From assembly GCA_043820105.1 (NCBI GenBank), contig JBDREC010000049.1, positions 62,001 to 104,502 on the forward strand: a stretch of 42,502 nt of DNA. Reading direction: 5' to 3'. Under the pieces are notes generated by a model that was not told where the DNA came from, ran no database searches, and saw nothing but the letters and a program-made list of their open reading frames with translations. Positions 16,964 through 27,793 of this stretch are shown piece after piece. This DNA is from Pseudomonadota bacterium. GTDB lineage: Bacteria > Bdellovibrionota_F > JAHFAK01 > JBDREC01. The position numbers were made by a program, and so were the translations under genes. The first letter of the stretch is position 1, and each line of letters opens with the position of its first letter.

Positions 16964-18262
16964 TTAAAATAAACCGCCATAGATAATCCCTGAAATAGTA
17001 GCCATGACTATTACAAGTGACACATAGACTATTGTTTTTTTAGTTCCCATTACACTTCTAATTACCAGCATGTTGGGTAAACTTAAAGCAGGACCAGATA
17101 ATAAGAGAGCAAGAGCGGGACCTTTTCCCATGCCATTTCCAATTAATCCCTGTAATATTGGAATTTCAGTTAAAGTTGCAAAATACATAAATGCACCAGC
17201 TATTGATGCAAACAAGTTTGAAAAAAATGAGTTTCCACCGACTGCCCAATAAATCCATTTTGAAGGTATTAACCCTTCACCTTGCGGTCTTCCTAAAAGT
17301 AAACCTGCAATCAATACTCCTATAAACAAAAGTGGCATTATTTGTTTAGAAAATTTCCATGTTGATTCTAGCCACTCACTGTTTTTATTCCCACTTGTAG
17401 CTAGTAATATGCTTATGCCAATAATTGCAATGACGAAAGGGATGATAGGATTCTGGGAAAAGAAAAATGAAGTCAGAGTAACCATTATAACTAATACAAA
17501 CATTTTATATATTTTGATTTGATACCAAAGAATGAGAATTATGCCAAAAAGAATTGCAAAAATAGATGTTATTATCCATTTGTTTAAAAATAGAAAATGA
17601 AAAATTCCGCTTTGCTCATCAGATTTTCCAAAATTTGCAAAAACCAAGATTGCTATCATTGATCCAAAATATAAAACAAGTTGCCAAAGAGTTTTATAAG
17701 AATCCTCATCGGGGAGGACCATTTCTTGTCTAGCGTTTTCTACTTCTTCCTTATAGAAAATAAGATGCATTAAAAGACCAATAACAATACTGAAGACAAT
17801 CGCACCAACGGCTCGTGCAATTCCAAGCTCAAATCCTAAAACTCTTGCTGTTAGTATAATAGCTAACACATTTATAGCTGGTCCTGAATATAGAAACGCG
17901 GTAGCAGGACCAAGGCCTGCACCCATTTTATATATTCCTGAAAATAAAGGAAGGACTGTGCAAGAACAAACCGCCAAAATAGAGCCAGAAACAGATGCTA
18001 CTGCATAAGCAATAATCTTATTAGCCTTTGCCCCTAAGTATTTCATGACAGAAGTACTGCTTACAAACACCGAAATTGCTCCTGCGATAAAAAATGCAGG
18101 GATAAGGCATAGGATTACATGTTCCCTTGCATACCACTTTATGAGATGAAATGATTCCATCAAGGCATTGTCAAATCTTGAATTTCCTATGGGTAGATAA
18201 AAACATAAAATAAATGTAGTAATTATTAAACTTAAGCTTTTCCATTCACTTTTAATATTCAT
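16964..18262 (-). CDS. arsP: ArsP-family permease
   Basis: AVCSCTVLPLF, FLYSGPAIN, MYFATLTEIPI, GPALSLP. Confidence 0.85.
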   Translation of the reverse strand: MNIKSEWKSLSLIITTFILCFYLPIGNSRFDNALMESFHLIKWYAREHVILCLIPAFFIAGAISVFVSSTSVMKYLGAKANKIIAYAVASVSGSILAVCSCTVLPLFSGIYKMGAGLGPATAFLYSGPAINVLAIILTARVLGFELGIARAVGAIVFSIVIGLLMHLIFYKEEVENARQEMVLPDEDSYKTLWQLVLYFGSMIAILVFANFGKSDEQSGIFHFLFLNKWIITSIFAILFGIILILWYQIKIYKMFVLVIMVTLTSFFFSQNPIIPFVIAIIGISILLATSGNKNSEWLESTWKFSKQIMPLLFIGVLIAGLLLGRPQGEGLIPSKWIYWAVGGNSFFSNLFASIAGAFMYFATLTEIPILQGLIGNGMGKGPALALLLSGPALSLPNMLVIRSVMGTKKTIVYVSLVIVMATISGIIYGGLF

Positions 18263-18324
18263 TTAAAATCCCATCTAGTTTTGCCTATTTTCCTAATTAA
18301 CTAAATTGTGTTTAAATATTATTA

Positions 18325-18642
18325 TTAAATTAAATTTTTCGCATCTTTAACATTTGTCTTGATAACATCTTCAACACAAGTAAAAAAATTAACAACACAA
18401 GGGCATTTTAATTTATAGTATACACTGGTTTTTCTTTTTTCTGAAATTATAATGCCAGCTTCTTTTAAAACTGCCAGATGTTTAGAAACTGTGGATATAT
18501 CAGCTCCAATCATCTTTGTAAGTTCCTGTACACATTTTTCTGATTCAGCCAGTTTATCTATAATAAATAGCCTTGAAGGATGAGCCATAGCTTTCACTAT
18601 TTTAGCTCTTGCCTCATATTGAGCTTTGGTTTTGTTTTTCAT
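18325..18642 (-). CDS. arsR: ArsR/SmtB transcriptional repressor
   Basis: KAMAHPSRL, STVSKHL, C-terminal CPC..C; ATG 18642 has an AAGGA RBS. Confidence 0.88.
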   Translation of the reverse strand: MKNKTKAQYEARAKIVKAMAHPSRLFIIDKLAESEKCVQELTKMIGADISTVSKHLAVLKEAGIIISEKRKTSVYYKLKCPCVVNFFTCVEDVIKTNVKDAKNLI

Positions 18643-18666
18643 TATTAATATCCTTTTATATTTAAT

Positions 18667-18699
18667 TTGGTTATTATGCCAAATAACCAATATCGTCAA
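18667..18699 (-). promoter_or_regulatory. ArsR operator overlapping the promoter
   Basis: TTGGTTATT-N6-AATAACCAA perfect IR at 18667-18690; TTGACG -35 on the minus strand at 18699-18694. Confidence 0.65.
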
Positions 18700-18950
18700 G
18701 AATTTATTTTTGGAAATTGTTTTCTACGATAACTGATAGTTAGTATTCATCTTTTTTATATGATGTTATCCTTTAAATGAAATTCAATATACAGCTCAAG
18801 TAATAGAAGTCGATGCATTTACAGAAGAAGGAAATTAGATTTTTATTTAGTATTTAGTAATGGCCCGTCTTGCAACTTATTTACAGCAGCCAGTTCCATG
18901 CAAGCGATTCTAACGTCGTCTAAACCTGTACATTTTCTGTTTTAATTAGA

Positions 18951-19786
18951 CTAAAAATAAAGCAAAACTCTAGGTTTAGCCTCTGCTTCGTTATCAATCT
19001 CAGGGTTGCATAGAAAGAGGCGTTCGGCATTAATGCCTTGTTCCGAGAGGTACTCGTAAATTACTTTGGAACGCTCCTCGGCCATAGGCAGTAATTTGTC
19101 CTTATTGTTTTTTACCTTATCCGAATTAAGTAAATCAGCATCAGTAGCAATGCCACAAATTGTTAACCGTAATTCAATTTTTTCATTCATTAACTTTTTA
19201 ACGATTTCAAGATATTCTTTTATCTGCTGATTTACATTCGTGGATCCGGCATCAAATAAGATGGGGTCAAGTTGGATTCTGGTAATATAATCTCCACCCA
19301 TTTTTGCAAGTTTAACAACTGTAATTAATGCTCCATAGGGCTGAAATAGGTTTTTCAAAATACTGACAGATGCCATTTTAAGAGCTTTCCCAAGTGTTTT
19401 GAAAATGATACTATTAATATTAAAATCCGGATTTTCAATATTACCAGTAATTGGAAGAGAAAGTTTTACATCATTGTTTTTATCCCGCAAAATGGAAAGT
19501 GCATAATCCAGTGGCATTGTCAGTTGTTTTGTAAGTTGTTTTTTATTGAAAATCCCTTAATTACAATTTTCCCAGAAAAAATATTAATATCAATGTCTTC
19601 AATTTTAACATTTTGTGCGCCATTATCTTGTAGATAATTAATTGCGGTGTATTTTATTGCTACTGGTAAGATAGCTAAAAGTAAGAAAGTTGATAAAACA
19701 GGAATTGTAATTTTTTTTTGCCTAAAAATCATTGTTTTGAATTTTGCATAACAATATTTATAGAGAAACAGCATAAACTTCTCCAA
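18951..19786 (-). pseudogene. DUF748-like protein, internally deleted (N- and C-terminal stubs)
   Basis: IEDIDINIFSG N-terminal piece and MPLDYALSILRDKNNDVKLSLPITGNIENPDF plus OmpA-like C-terminal piece, in different frames. Confidence 0.7.
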
Positions 19787-19905
19787 TATGTAATAATTAG
19801 TACATTCAAAAGACTAACTAGGGTTTATCCAAAAACTACTTTTTGCCACAATTGGCTACAGAAGATATTAAGTTTTCTTAATCCTATTTTTTTAGTTATA
19901 GCTTC

Positions 19906-20038
19906 ATCAATTATCCAGTAATAATCTTATTCGTTCTTTGTTACCAGAAAAATTAGATCTGGCCTGAGCCTCTTTGATTTGAGCTTTAATATTTAAAAGA
20001 AACTCACAATATTCTATTTTACTTATTATTTCGTTCAT
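19906..20038 (-). pseudogene. DUF1016/YhcG N-terminal stub
   Basis: MNEIISKIEYCEFLLNIKAQIKEAQARS...NKE resembles the DUF1016 N-terminus, then breaks off. Confidence 0.5.
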
Positions 20039-20192
20039 AATAATCTTATCATTGTAAAACAGATAATCACATATTTACCTGATTTTGTCTACCGAAGAAA
20101 AAAAAATAGAAGACGACTCTTCCCTAACAGGCAAGAAATTCTCAGCAAATGAATATAAAATCTGGAAATAAAGGTTCGTTTTGCTTTATTGC

Positions 20193-20627
20193 TTATTTAA
20201 CCCTTTCAAGTTCCATTAGTCCTATCTTAGAATTATGGGATTCATCACCATCATTCATCAAGACAAGCTCAATCGATCCGTCAGCTAAAATATCACCGAA
20301 TAGAATATCCTCATTATGATCAACCATATAAATACGTTTTCCGTTTTTGGAAATTACACCAGAAAAACCTTCTGTTATTTTGTCCTTACTGACTTGAACT
20401 TTTATATAAGTACGCTCACCACTGAATAATCTTCCATGTTGCTCTTTAATTATCCACTGGCCATTAGCTTTTGAGTTAGTAAAAAAACCGTCTTTTTCAT
20501 GATGATGAGTATAAGTTTTAGATTGCCATTTTCCTTTCAAATCAGGCACATTTGATTCTGCAAAAATTGTCCCTGTAAAAAAACACATAAACATAACAAG
20601 CACACCAAGTAATAATAACTTTTTCAT
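20193..20627 (-). CDS. Secreted hypothetical protein
   Basis: Signal peptide, VPDLKGKW; AAGGAG RBS. Confidence 0.75.
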   Translation of the reverse strand: MKKLLLLGVLVMFMCFFTGTIFAESNVPDLKGKWQSKTYTHHHEKDGFFTNSKANGQWIIKEQHGRLFSGERTYIKVQVSKDKITEGFSGVISKNGKRIYMVDHNEDILFGDILADGSIELVLMNDGDESHNSKIGLMELERVK

Positions 20628-20679
20628 AAAGTCTCCTTATGATTTAAAATACTTTGAAATAATTAATTGAATATATAAA

Positions 20680-21672
20680 TTATCTTTGGGTTTTTTTAAT
20701 GTCAATTTCTTTTATAATTTCAAATCCTAAATTGTCAAATTCACCAGGATAAAAGTCATCTTTTATTTCAGGAACACTAGAGTTTGCCAATAAACAAACT
20801 GAAATATTTTTATCATAATTAAATCCCCAAAAGGATCTAAAACCAGGTGTAATTCCATCATGCCAATAAATATTTAGAATGGGATGATATTTCCATCCAA
20901 GACCAGTGTGATAGTTGCTAGTAATGATTAATTTGTTTTCAAGACATTGTTTTAAGGCAGGAGTAAATTTATTGTCACCGAAAATAACATTACGAGCGTA
21001 TTTTGTTAAATCACTGGTACATGAAACTAATCCACCACCGCTTCCTAAAAAAGCATTTTTATCCCAATAAATACTGGAGACAGGATTTTGATTATCATAA
21101 CCTGTAAGCACTGATTCTATTTTCTTAGTTCTTAACACTGTTTGTTTTAAATCAATGTGTTTAAAAAGAAAGTCCAGATATATCTCATCCAGAGATGAAG
21201 AAAGTTTTTCCTTTAAAATTGTTCCTAAAATGCCATATCCAAAATTAGAATAAGAATAATCTGAAGATGGGTTTAATTTTGTATATTGAATAAGCTGTTT
21301 AAGTGAATTAAAAGTCACTTGCCTTCTAGGATTTGGACAATGTTGAATATCTGGATTTTTAGGTAATCCAGATGTATGTTGCAGAAAATTGATAACTTTT
21401 TGATTTCCTAAAGGTGAAGTTGATGAAAAAGGTGATAGAATCTTATGTAATTTATCTGAGAGATTTATAACGCCGCTTATTGATAAATCAGATATTGCCA
21501 GAGCAGTAAAGGTCTTGGTTAATGATCCAATTTCATATAGACTTTCAGGTGAAGATTTGCTTTTTCCTAATTGGTAATAAATTTCGGAACTAGAATCAAA
21601 AATGCCAAGGGAAATAGTTTTATATTGATGAATCTTATCATGGTTCATTATTATTGAATTTAGTTTGTACAT
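20680..21672 (-). CDS. Serine hydrolase, class C beta-lactamase-like
   Basis: GSLTK (SxxK), YSN, HDG motifs. Confidence 0.85.
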   Translation of the reverse strand: MYKLNSIIMNHDKIHQYKTISLGIFDSSSEIYYQLGKSKSSPESLYEIGSLTKTFTALAISDLSISGVINLSDKLHKILSPFSSTSPLGNQKVINFLQHTSGLPKNPDIQHCPNPRRQVTFNSLKQLIQYTKLNPSSDYSYSNFGYGILGTILKEKLSSSLDEIYLDFLFKHIDLKQTVLRTKKIESVLTGYDNQNPVSSIYWDKNAFLGSGGGLVSCTSDLTKYARNVIFGDNKFTPALKQCLENKLIITSNYHTGLGWKYHPILNIYWHDGITPGFRSFWGFNYDKNISVCLLANSSVPEIKDDFYPGEFDNLGFEIIKEIDIKKTQR

Positions 21673-21860
21673 TCAAAATATTCCGAATGCTTTGTTTTCA
21701 TTCAAATCTAGGTTCATACCTAATAAAAAATAGTTTGATTTGAAATTGTTTAGTTAAATCATGCATAAAAGGCAAGTAATAATGGAGCTTCGCATTAGGG
21801 ATAAAAAAATGTATAGACACTTGAAAATATTTAATTACTATTATTATTTAAGATTCATAG

Positions 21861-22034
21861 GAGGTTAGCTCTGGTCAGATAAATTATGAGCGAAATCATT
21901 TGCTGAAGAAATTGGAAAAAAGAAATCCTAAACTGTTCAATAAATACAGAGCTGAAATTACATTTTATCCTAATCCAATATTTTGTGTTGTTAAAGGAGA
22001 TATTGAGCCCTGGGAAATTGTGAAAAAACCCTAA
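21861..22034 (+). pseudogene. 3' stub of a pyrimidine-dimer DNA glycosylase-like gene
   Basis: Start-less EVSSGQINYERNHLLKKL...PIFCVVKGDIEPWE*. Confidence 0.6.
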
Positions 22035-22127
22035 GATAACGTTATAATATAAATATAAAATTAATTATATATACATTCCATATTCTATAACATACGTATT
22101 AACAATAATTAAAATTTTGAGGAAAAA

Positions 22128-22718
22128 ATGAATAAATTAACGGTGTTTTTACTTTTAATAATATCATTATTCCTAAGCTATAATTTATTAGCAAATGAAT
22201 CTAAAAGAATTAGCTTTGGATCTCATTTAATGTTTGGAGGAAGATATGATAATTTAAGAATGTGTGTTGGTTCGCCTGCAGGAACGCCTGGTGGTCCAAT
22301 TGCGGATATTATGTTTGATGCTAAATTTAAAATAAATGAAATATTAGATATCACTGTAAATCTGCCAGTAGCAAGACCTATACTTTTTGCTCTAGCCTTT
22401 GATATGCTTCAATTTGAACCAAGTGTTACTTTTGAATATAGAAAGAACCTTAAGGAGAATTTAGATATAGTTTATGGACCTGGACTGGGCTTAAGTTTTC
22501 ATTACGGTCCTGATTATAATTCTGACATGGATAATCGTGGAGCTAACTTTTTTGCCATAGGACCAATAATAAATATAATGGCTGGTATAAGCTTTGAAGG
22601 AATGTTTAAGCAAGAAAACATTTTTGGGATAAGAACCTTTTATACACCCCTTTTTGCTGAGAACAGATCAAATGGAACTGTTTTAGGTGGGGCATTAGAA
22701 TACTATATTTATTTTTAA
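22128..22718 (+). CDS. Secreted or outer-membrane hypothetical protein
   Basis: Signal peptide, C-terminal aromatic YYIYF. Confidence 0.7.
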   Translation: MNKLTVFLLLIISLFLSYNLLANESKRISFGSHLMFGGRYDNLRMCVGSPAGTPGGPIADIMFDAKFKINEILDITVNLPVARPILFALAFDMLQFEPSVTFEYRKNLKENLDIVYGPGLGLSFHYGPDYNSDMDNRGANFFAIGPIINIMAGISFEGMFKQENIFGIRTFYTPLFAENRSNGTVLGGALEYYIYF

Positions 22719-22739
22719 AAGCACACAGGGAGAATTAAG

Positions 22740-23210
22740 ATGCTAAAAAAAGGTGATCGCATTCCAATGGACATTAAGGTTTTAGACATTGATGGAAAAA
22801 AGGTTTCATTGAAAACTTTTGAAGGCAAATACCTTGTCGTTTATTTTTACCCTAAAGACAACACTCCTGGGTGCAACAAGGAAGCCTGCTCTTTTCGAGA
22901 CAATTATAAAAACATCACATCTCTTGGAGCCGATGTTGTTGGCATTTCTAAGGATTCTGTTTCATCCCATGAAAAGTTCATGAGCAAATTCAATCTCAAT
23001 TTCCATCTATGGTCTGATCCAGATAAGGAACTTTTCCAGGCATTTGGGGCTTGGGATAATAAAAAGCTGTTAGGAAATACCTTTTTAGGAGCGATTCGTT
23101 CTACTTTTGTTATCAATCCTAAAGGTATTATTATTAAGGTCTGGGAAAAGGTTAATGTTAAAGACCATGCAGAGGAAATATATAGTTTTTTAGAAAAAGA
23201 GATAAAATAA
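22740..23210 (+). CDS. bcp: Peroxiredoxin Q (BCP)
   Basis: YFYPKDNTPGCNKEACSFRD. Confidence 0.93.
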   Translation: MLKKGDRIPMDIKVLDIDGKKVSLKTFEGKYLVVYFYPKDNTPGCNKEACSFRDNYKNITSLGADVVGISKDSVSSHEKFMSKFNLNFHLWSDPDKELFQAFGAWDNKKLLGNTFLGAIRSTFVINPKGIIIKVWEKVNVKDHAEEIYSFLEKEIK

Positions 23211-23261
23211 AAAAAGCCTTTAATATCCGAAATAAGAATAATTAATAACTGATTTCTGCCT

Positions 23262-24335
23262 CTAATATTTTTCTTTCTTTTTATGCTTCATAACATTTTT
23301 GCAAAATTTACCAAAAGCCTTATCTTTCTTTTTTCTTTCAAGGCTATTCATTTCATAAAAATCTGTTTCTTTTTTTAGCTTAATATAATTATTATATTTA
23401 TCTTTGCTTAATTCTTTTGCTTCTAGTGCCTCTAAAACAGCACAACCTGGCTCATGAATATGTGTGCAATCTACAAATTGGCATTTATCAGAAAGCTTTT
23501 TAATTTCATCAAAGGTGATATTAAGACCATTTGATGAATCAGTAAGGCCTAGTTCTCTCATTCCGGGATTATCAATTAATATGCCACCGCTTTCTAAAAC
23601 AAAAAGCTGCCTATGGGTTGTGATGTGTTTTCCTCGTGATGAATAATCGCTAATTTGGCAAGTCTTTATTTGTGCCTTGCCTAGTAGAGTGTTTATTAAA
23701 GAGGATTTGCCAACTCCAGATGATCCTAAAAAGCAGTAAGTTAATCCTTCTTTAATTAAATTATTTAAAGAATCTATTCCGTACTTTGAAACTGTACTTG
23801 TTGTCAGAAATTCAATTTCAACAAATCGATCTTTTAACTCTAATATTTTATCACTAAGTTCTTGTTCTGTAATTAAATCGATTTTATTGAGAACTAAAAT
23901 TGGGTCGATTTTAGCCTGTCTTGCAATGACAACATATCTTTCAAATCTATTTAAACTATAATCTCTTCCAAGTGCTTGAACAATTATTGCTTTATCAATA
24001 TTTGATGCAATGATTTGGCTATTTCCTTTTTTTCTTATAGCTTTTCTTTTTAAGTAAGTCATTCTAGGTAAGACCTGTTTGATTATTGCTTGATTTGAAT
24101 CGATTATTTCTATAACAAGCCAATCTCCAACAGCTGGATAATCTTCTGAGCTAGTGGCTTCAAACATCATTTTTCCTGTTATTTGAGCACTGTATTCACT
24201 ATTGTCATCTTTAATAATGTATAATTCTTTGTGCTGAGCAATAACGCGAGCAATTCTATCTAAAGGAATATTAATTTCAGATTTAATTCCTTCAGAATAC
24301 CTTTTGAAACCTAGGTCATATCGTGAGGATTTCAT
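23262..24335 (-). CDS. rsgA: Ribosome small subunit-dependent GTPase A
   Basis: AVGDW, NKID, GSSGVGKSSL, DNPG, CQFVDCTHIHEPGC. Confidence 0.93.
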   Translation of the reverse strand: MKSSRYDLGFKRYSEGIKSEINIPLDRIARVIAQHKELYIIKDDNSEYSAQITGKMMFEATSSEDYPAVGDWLVIEIIDSNQAIIKQVLPRMTYLKRKAIRKKGNSQIIASNIDKAIIVQALGRDYSLNRFERYVVIARQAKIDPILVLNKIDLITEQELSDKILELKDRFVEIEFLTTSTVSKYGIDSLNNLIKEGLTYCFLGSSGVGKSSLINTLLGKAQIKTCQISDYSSRGKHITTHRQLFVLESGGILIDNPGMRELGLTDSSNGLNITFDEIKKLSDKCQFVDCTHIHEPGCAVLEALEAKELSKDKYNNYIKLKKETDFYEMNSLERKKKDKAFGKFCKNVMKHKKKEKY

Positions 24336-24524
24336 TTGTATATGGCTTTCAAATAATTTGATTTTTTACTAAAATACTTTGCTATTGAAAGATTGATCAA
24401 AAAGCAAGTTGGAATATTGTGTGCATTTAATGAACTAAATATAAATTGTTGCTTTAGAATATTTTTGCATATATTGATTTAAATGATCCGCTGGATATTT
24501 TCATTAATAACTATTAGGTGAAAA

Positions 24525-25541
24525 ATGGAACTATTAATTTTTATAGTATTTTTAACTCTTACAATTTCTGGTTTTTGTTCTTTATTTGAAGCTGTGCTTT
24601 ATTCATCTAATGAAGGAGCTATTGAAGCTGCTAAGACTAAAAAAGGTCAAAAGTTTGTTGCATCGAAATTTTTGGATCTTAAGCATAATGTTTCAAAACC
24701 TATTTCTGGAATACTTATTTTGAATACTGTGGCAAATACTGCTGGTGCAACTATTTCTGGGATGTATGCTGCCAATATTCTGGGTAAAGATAAGGTGTTT
24801 ATTTTTTCAATATTTTTAACATTAGGTATTTTAATATTTTCAGAAATTATTCCAAAGACTATTGGTGCAATACATTGGCGAAAACTCTGGCCATTTGTTA
24901 CGATTCCAATTTCAACAATTAAGACTATATTTGCTCCTTTTATTGTTTTAACTCACTACTTATCTAAAGCCATAAGTGGCAAAGAAAAAATCCCAACAAT
25001 TACTCAAGAAGAAATATTAGCCGCAGTTAAAATGGGTGTAAGCGAAGGCGAAATATTGAAAAAAGAAAATACAATATTTACTAATTTGATTAATTTAAAA
25101 GGCACCCATATAGATGAAATAATGACTCCAAGGAAAGTTATCTTTTCATTGAATGAGAATTTATCAATTTATGATGCTTTGGAAAAAATAGGTGATCAAA
25201 GGTTTGGTAGAATCCCAATTTACAAGAATAATGATGAAAATATTATCGGATATGTTAGAATTCATGACCTTGCCTCAACTAAAAAAATAAAGGATAAGTT
25301 TTCTATATTAAGAGATATCTCCAGAAAAATAAGATTTGTTCCAGAGACAATGAACTGTCTTTATCTTTTAATTCACTTTCTAAAAACAAAGGAACATATT
25401 GCAATAGTAGTTAATGAATATGGTCAGGCAGTCGGACTTGTAACATTGGAAGATGTTATTGAAACAATGCTTGGTGATGAAATTATAGATGAGCATGATT
25501 TTGCAACAGATTTAAGAAAATTTGCACTAAAGAAGTTATAA
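24525..25541 (+). CDS. CNNM/DUF21-CBS membrane protein
   Basis: CSLFEAVL, SEIIPK, IMTPR, GLVTLEDVIE. Confidence 0.9.
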   Translation: MELLIFIVFLTLTISGFCSLFEAVLYSSNEGAIEAAKTKKGQKFVASKFLDLKHNVSKPISGILILNTVANTAGATISGMYAANILGKDKVFIFSIFLTLGILIFSEIIPKTIGAIHWRKLWPFVTIPISTIKTIFAPFIVLTHYLSKAISGKEKIPTITQEEILAAVKMGVSEGEILKKENTIFTNLINLKGTHIDEIMTPRKVIFSLNENLSIYDALEKIGDQRFGRIPIYKNNDENIIGYVRIHDLASTKKIKDKFSILRDISRKIRFVPETMNCLYLLIHFLKTKEHIAIVVNEYGQAVGLVTLEDVIETMLGDEIIDEHDFATDLRKFALKKL

Positions 25542-25588
25542 TTTCAATATTCGCTTTTTTTTTAGCTTGTTTATTCACCTTGTTATTA

Positions 25589-25966
25589 TCAGGTACATTT
25601 AAAAAAATCATAACAGTCTTTTCTAAGCTCAGAAGTAAATTTATTAATTTTATCTTCTGAGATTAAATAATCCCTTAATCCCCTTGTATAAATCTCAATA
25701 GATGTTTCAAATTCTTCGGATATAACTTGACTTGCACCTAACTCAAAAAGTTTTTTAACTTCATTTGAATATGGTGTTCTGACTATAATATCTGTTTGAG
25801 AATTTAGTTTTCTTGTAACTTTAATAATTCTTCTTGTAGCTATTGGATCATTTATTCCAATTGCTAAAAATTTAGCCATATTTATATTGGCGTGTTTCAA
25901 AATTGTGATGTGACTAGCATCCCCATAAAATATTGGAATATTATTTTTTCTTTCTTTTCTGACAGC
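25589..25966 (-). pseudogene. TrkA-N/KTN stub of a KefC-like antiporter
   Basis: IFYGDAS...LGASQVISEEFETS; membrane domain absent. Confidence 0.7.
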
Positions 25967-26018
25967 ATAATGCAAGTGTACGGAGGTGTGAAGATAGTGG
26001 ATCATTTTTTTAACTTCG

Positions 26019-26753
26019 TTACAGGTCTGTATGCAATACGCTTGTCTCACTTATAAAATATTCACTATAATGACTGTTTGAATAAACAGTTATTATAGAA
26101 TTTTGCCTTACAATAAATTCACTTAAGCCAAAATCTGAATCTTCTTTTCCCCAGTCATATGTATAACCAAGGCCAGTCCATGGATAGCATATATCTTCTT
26201 CAAAAGCTTCATTTTCTTGGTTTTCAAACCATGTTATATGCTCTTCAGTAGTAGAATCATCGAAAGTTAATTGTGCTACATTATCTGTGATCTCCGGATC
26301 AGGTGAAGGTCTAAAAAGATCATCAATATTCACCCAGAATTCAACAATATATTCTTGTGTCGAATCAGGAGGAAGTCCCAAGATTTCAATGATTCTTTGG
26401 TGATATGATTCTTGAGAAATGTTTTCTGCTAATATTTTATCTTTTAATTCAAAAGCGACCGTGACCCATGTTTCACCCCACCAGGTTTCTAGAGTTTCAG
26501 CTATTGGATAACTATCAGGATAGTTTGTGAATGTTGTAACTAGTAAAGATTCTTCGCTGTTAGAATCAAACCATGTAAGGTTTGTATTATCAGAAACTAT
26601 TGCAGTAAGGGTGTTAGCAATTTCTTCTTCTTGCCTAAGTTCAGCATCAATACATGCACTCTCATATCTTGCATCATAAGTCATGTTATCCCAGTTGCTG
26701 ATATTTCCACAGCTGGATATTAAAACAATTAAGAGTATTAGAAATCGCTTCAT
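26019..26753 (-). CDS. Acidic lipoprotein, unknown function
   Basis: ISSC lipobox, LFRPSPDPEI, YPWTGLGYTYDW. Confidence 0.75.
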   Translation of the reverse strand: MKRFLILLIVLISSCGNISNWDNMTYDARYESACIDAELRQEEEIANTLTAIVSDNTNLTWFDSNSEESLLVTTFTNYPDSYPIAETLETWWGETWVTVAFELKDKILAENISQESYHQRIIEILGLPPDSTQEYIVEFWVNIDDLFRPSPDPEITDNVAQLTFDDSTTEEHITWFENQENEAFEEDICYPWTGLGYTYDWGKEDSDFGLSEFIVRQNSIITVYSNSHYSEYFISETSVLHTDL

Positions 26754-26792
26754 ATCAATTCACCGTGATTATAAATTTCATCCTTATTGTTA

Positions 26793-27713
26793 TTAGCATC
26801 CATCCCATTTATTATCATAACTATAGGGTTGATTCCAATCATTGTTATTTAATTGATCAATTATGTTTTTTACATCACAATTAGGAAGTTCAAAGTTCCA
26901 GCAAATAAAAAATCTTTCTGCTGGACCATGGGCTAGTTTTGGCATTTCTAAATTAATTAATCCTTCATTCTCAACGATAAAGATTTCGCTTCCAACATAT
27001 GTTAGAGACGGGAAATTTATCTCCTCTAAGGTTGTTGTATAAAAAATAGATATATTATTGGTGATGGTGGTTAAACTTGAAATACTTAGGCTTGTAAAGG
27101 CTACATCTTCTATCAAATATAGATTCGCTAAACTCGTTAATAAAGGTGTTGTGATTGTTGTTAAGGCTAAATTGTCACCAATACTTAGTGTATTGGCTGA
27201 GCTTAGTTTTGGGAAATTAACTGATTCAAGGCTATTTTGAAAACTTAAGTTAATATCCCCTCCTACTGTTTTCAAATTTAGAAAACTGAGACTTGTTATG
27301 GATGTTTGAGCAAATGGTAAAATGAAAGATCCGCCAATCTCCTCAATAGAGCCATTTTCAATACCAGAAAGAGTAGTTGTATTAATAACCAGACTTCCTG
27401 TTATTTTCGTTAAGGAAGCAACATAATTATTGTCCTCTAATGTTTCTAATGTATAACTGCCGACCCAGGTGGTCCCTTCTTGATATCCATAAGTGTTTGT
27501 AGGAACAGAAATGCCAGGAATTCCTGCTTCAATATATGTGCTTAAATCAATCGTTTCAGTGACTCCATCAGGGCAGGTATATGAGTAGGTATCATCATTG
27601 CTATTTACTGGTGTACAGTAATTTTCATCTTCAAAACAAGAGGAAATTAGAAGCAGAATAGCACTGCATAGAAGAATAATATTTATTAATTTTAGCTTGT
27701 TTATTAATTTCAT
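26793..27713 (-). CDS. Lipoprotein with receptor-L/LRR-like repeats
   Basis: ISSC lipobox; repeated LxxLxFPxLxxVGG-type units. Confidence 0.7.
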   Translation of the reverse strand: MKLINKLKLINIILLCSAILLLISSCFEDENYCTPVNSNDDTYSYTCPDGVTETIDLSTYIEAGIPGISVPTNTYGYQEGTTWVGSYTLETLEDNNYVASLTKITGSLVINTTTLSGIENGSIEEIGGSFILPFAQTSITSLSFLNLKTVGGDINLSFQNSLESVNFPKLSSANTLSIGDNLALTTITTPLLTSLANLYLIEDVAFTSLSISSLTTITNNISIFYTTTLEEINFPSLTYVGSEIFIVENEGLINLEMPKLAHGPAERFFICWNFELPNCDVKNIIDQLNNNDWNQPYSYDNKWDGC

Positions 27714-27793
27714 TCAAATCCTTTAATTGCAAAAGGTATATTTAAGATTAACTTATTTGACATAAAAACAGAGAAAGTCTAAACTTTATAATA

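Noticed and set aside
18777-18838. VIEVDAFTEEGN resembling a PhzF N-terminus
   Set aside because: Too short and frame-broken to support a call.
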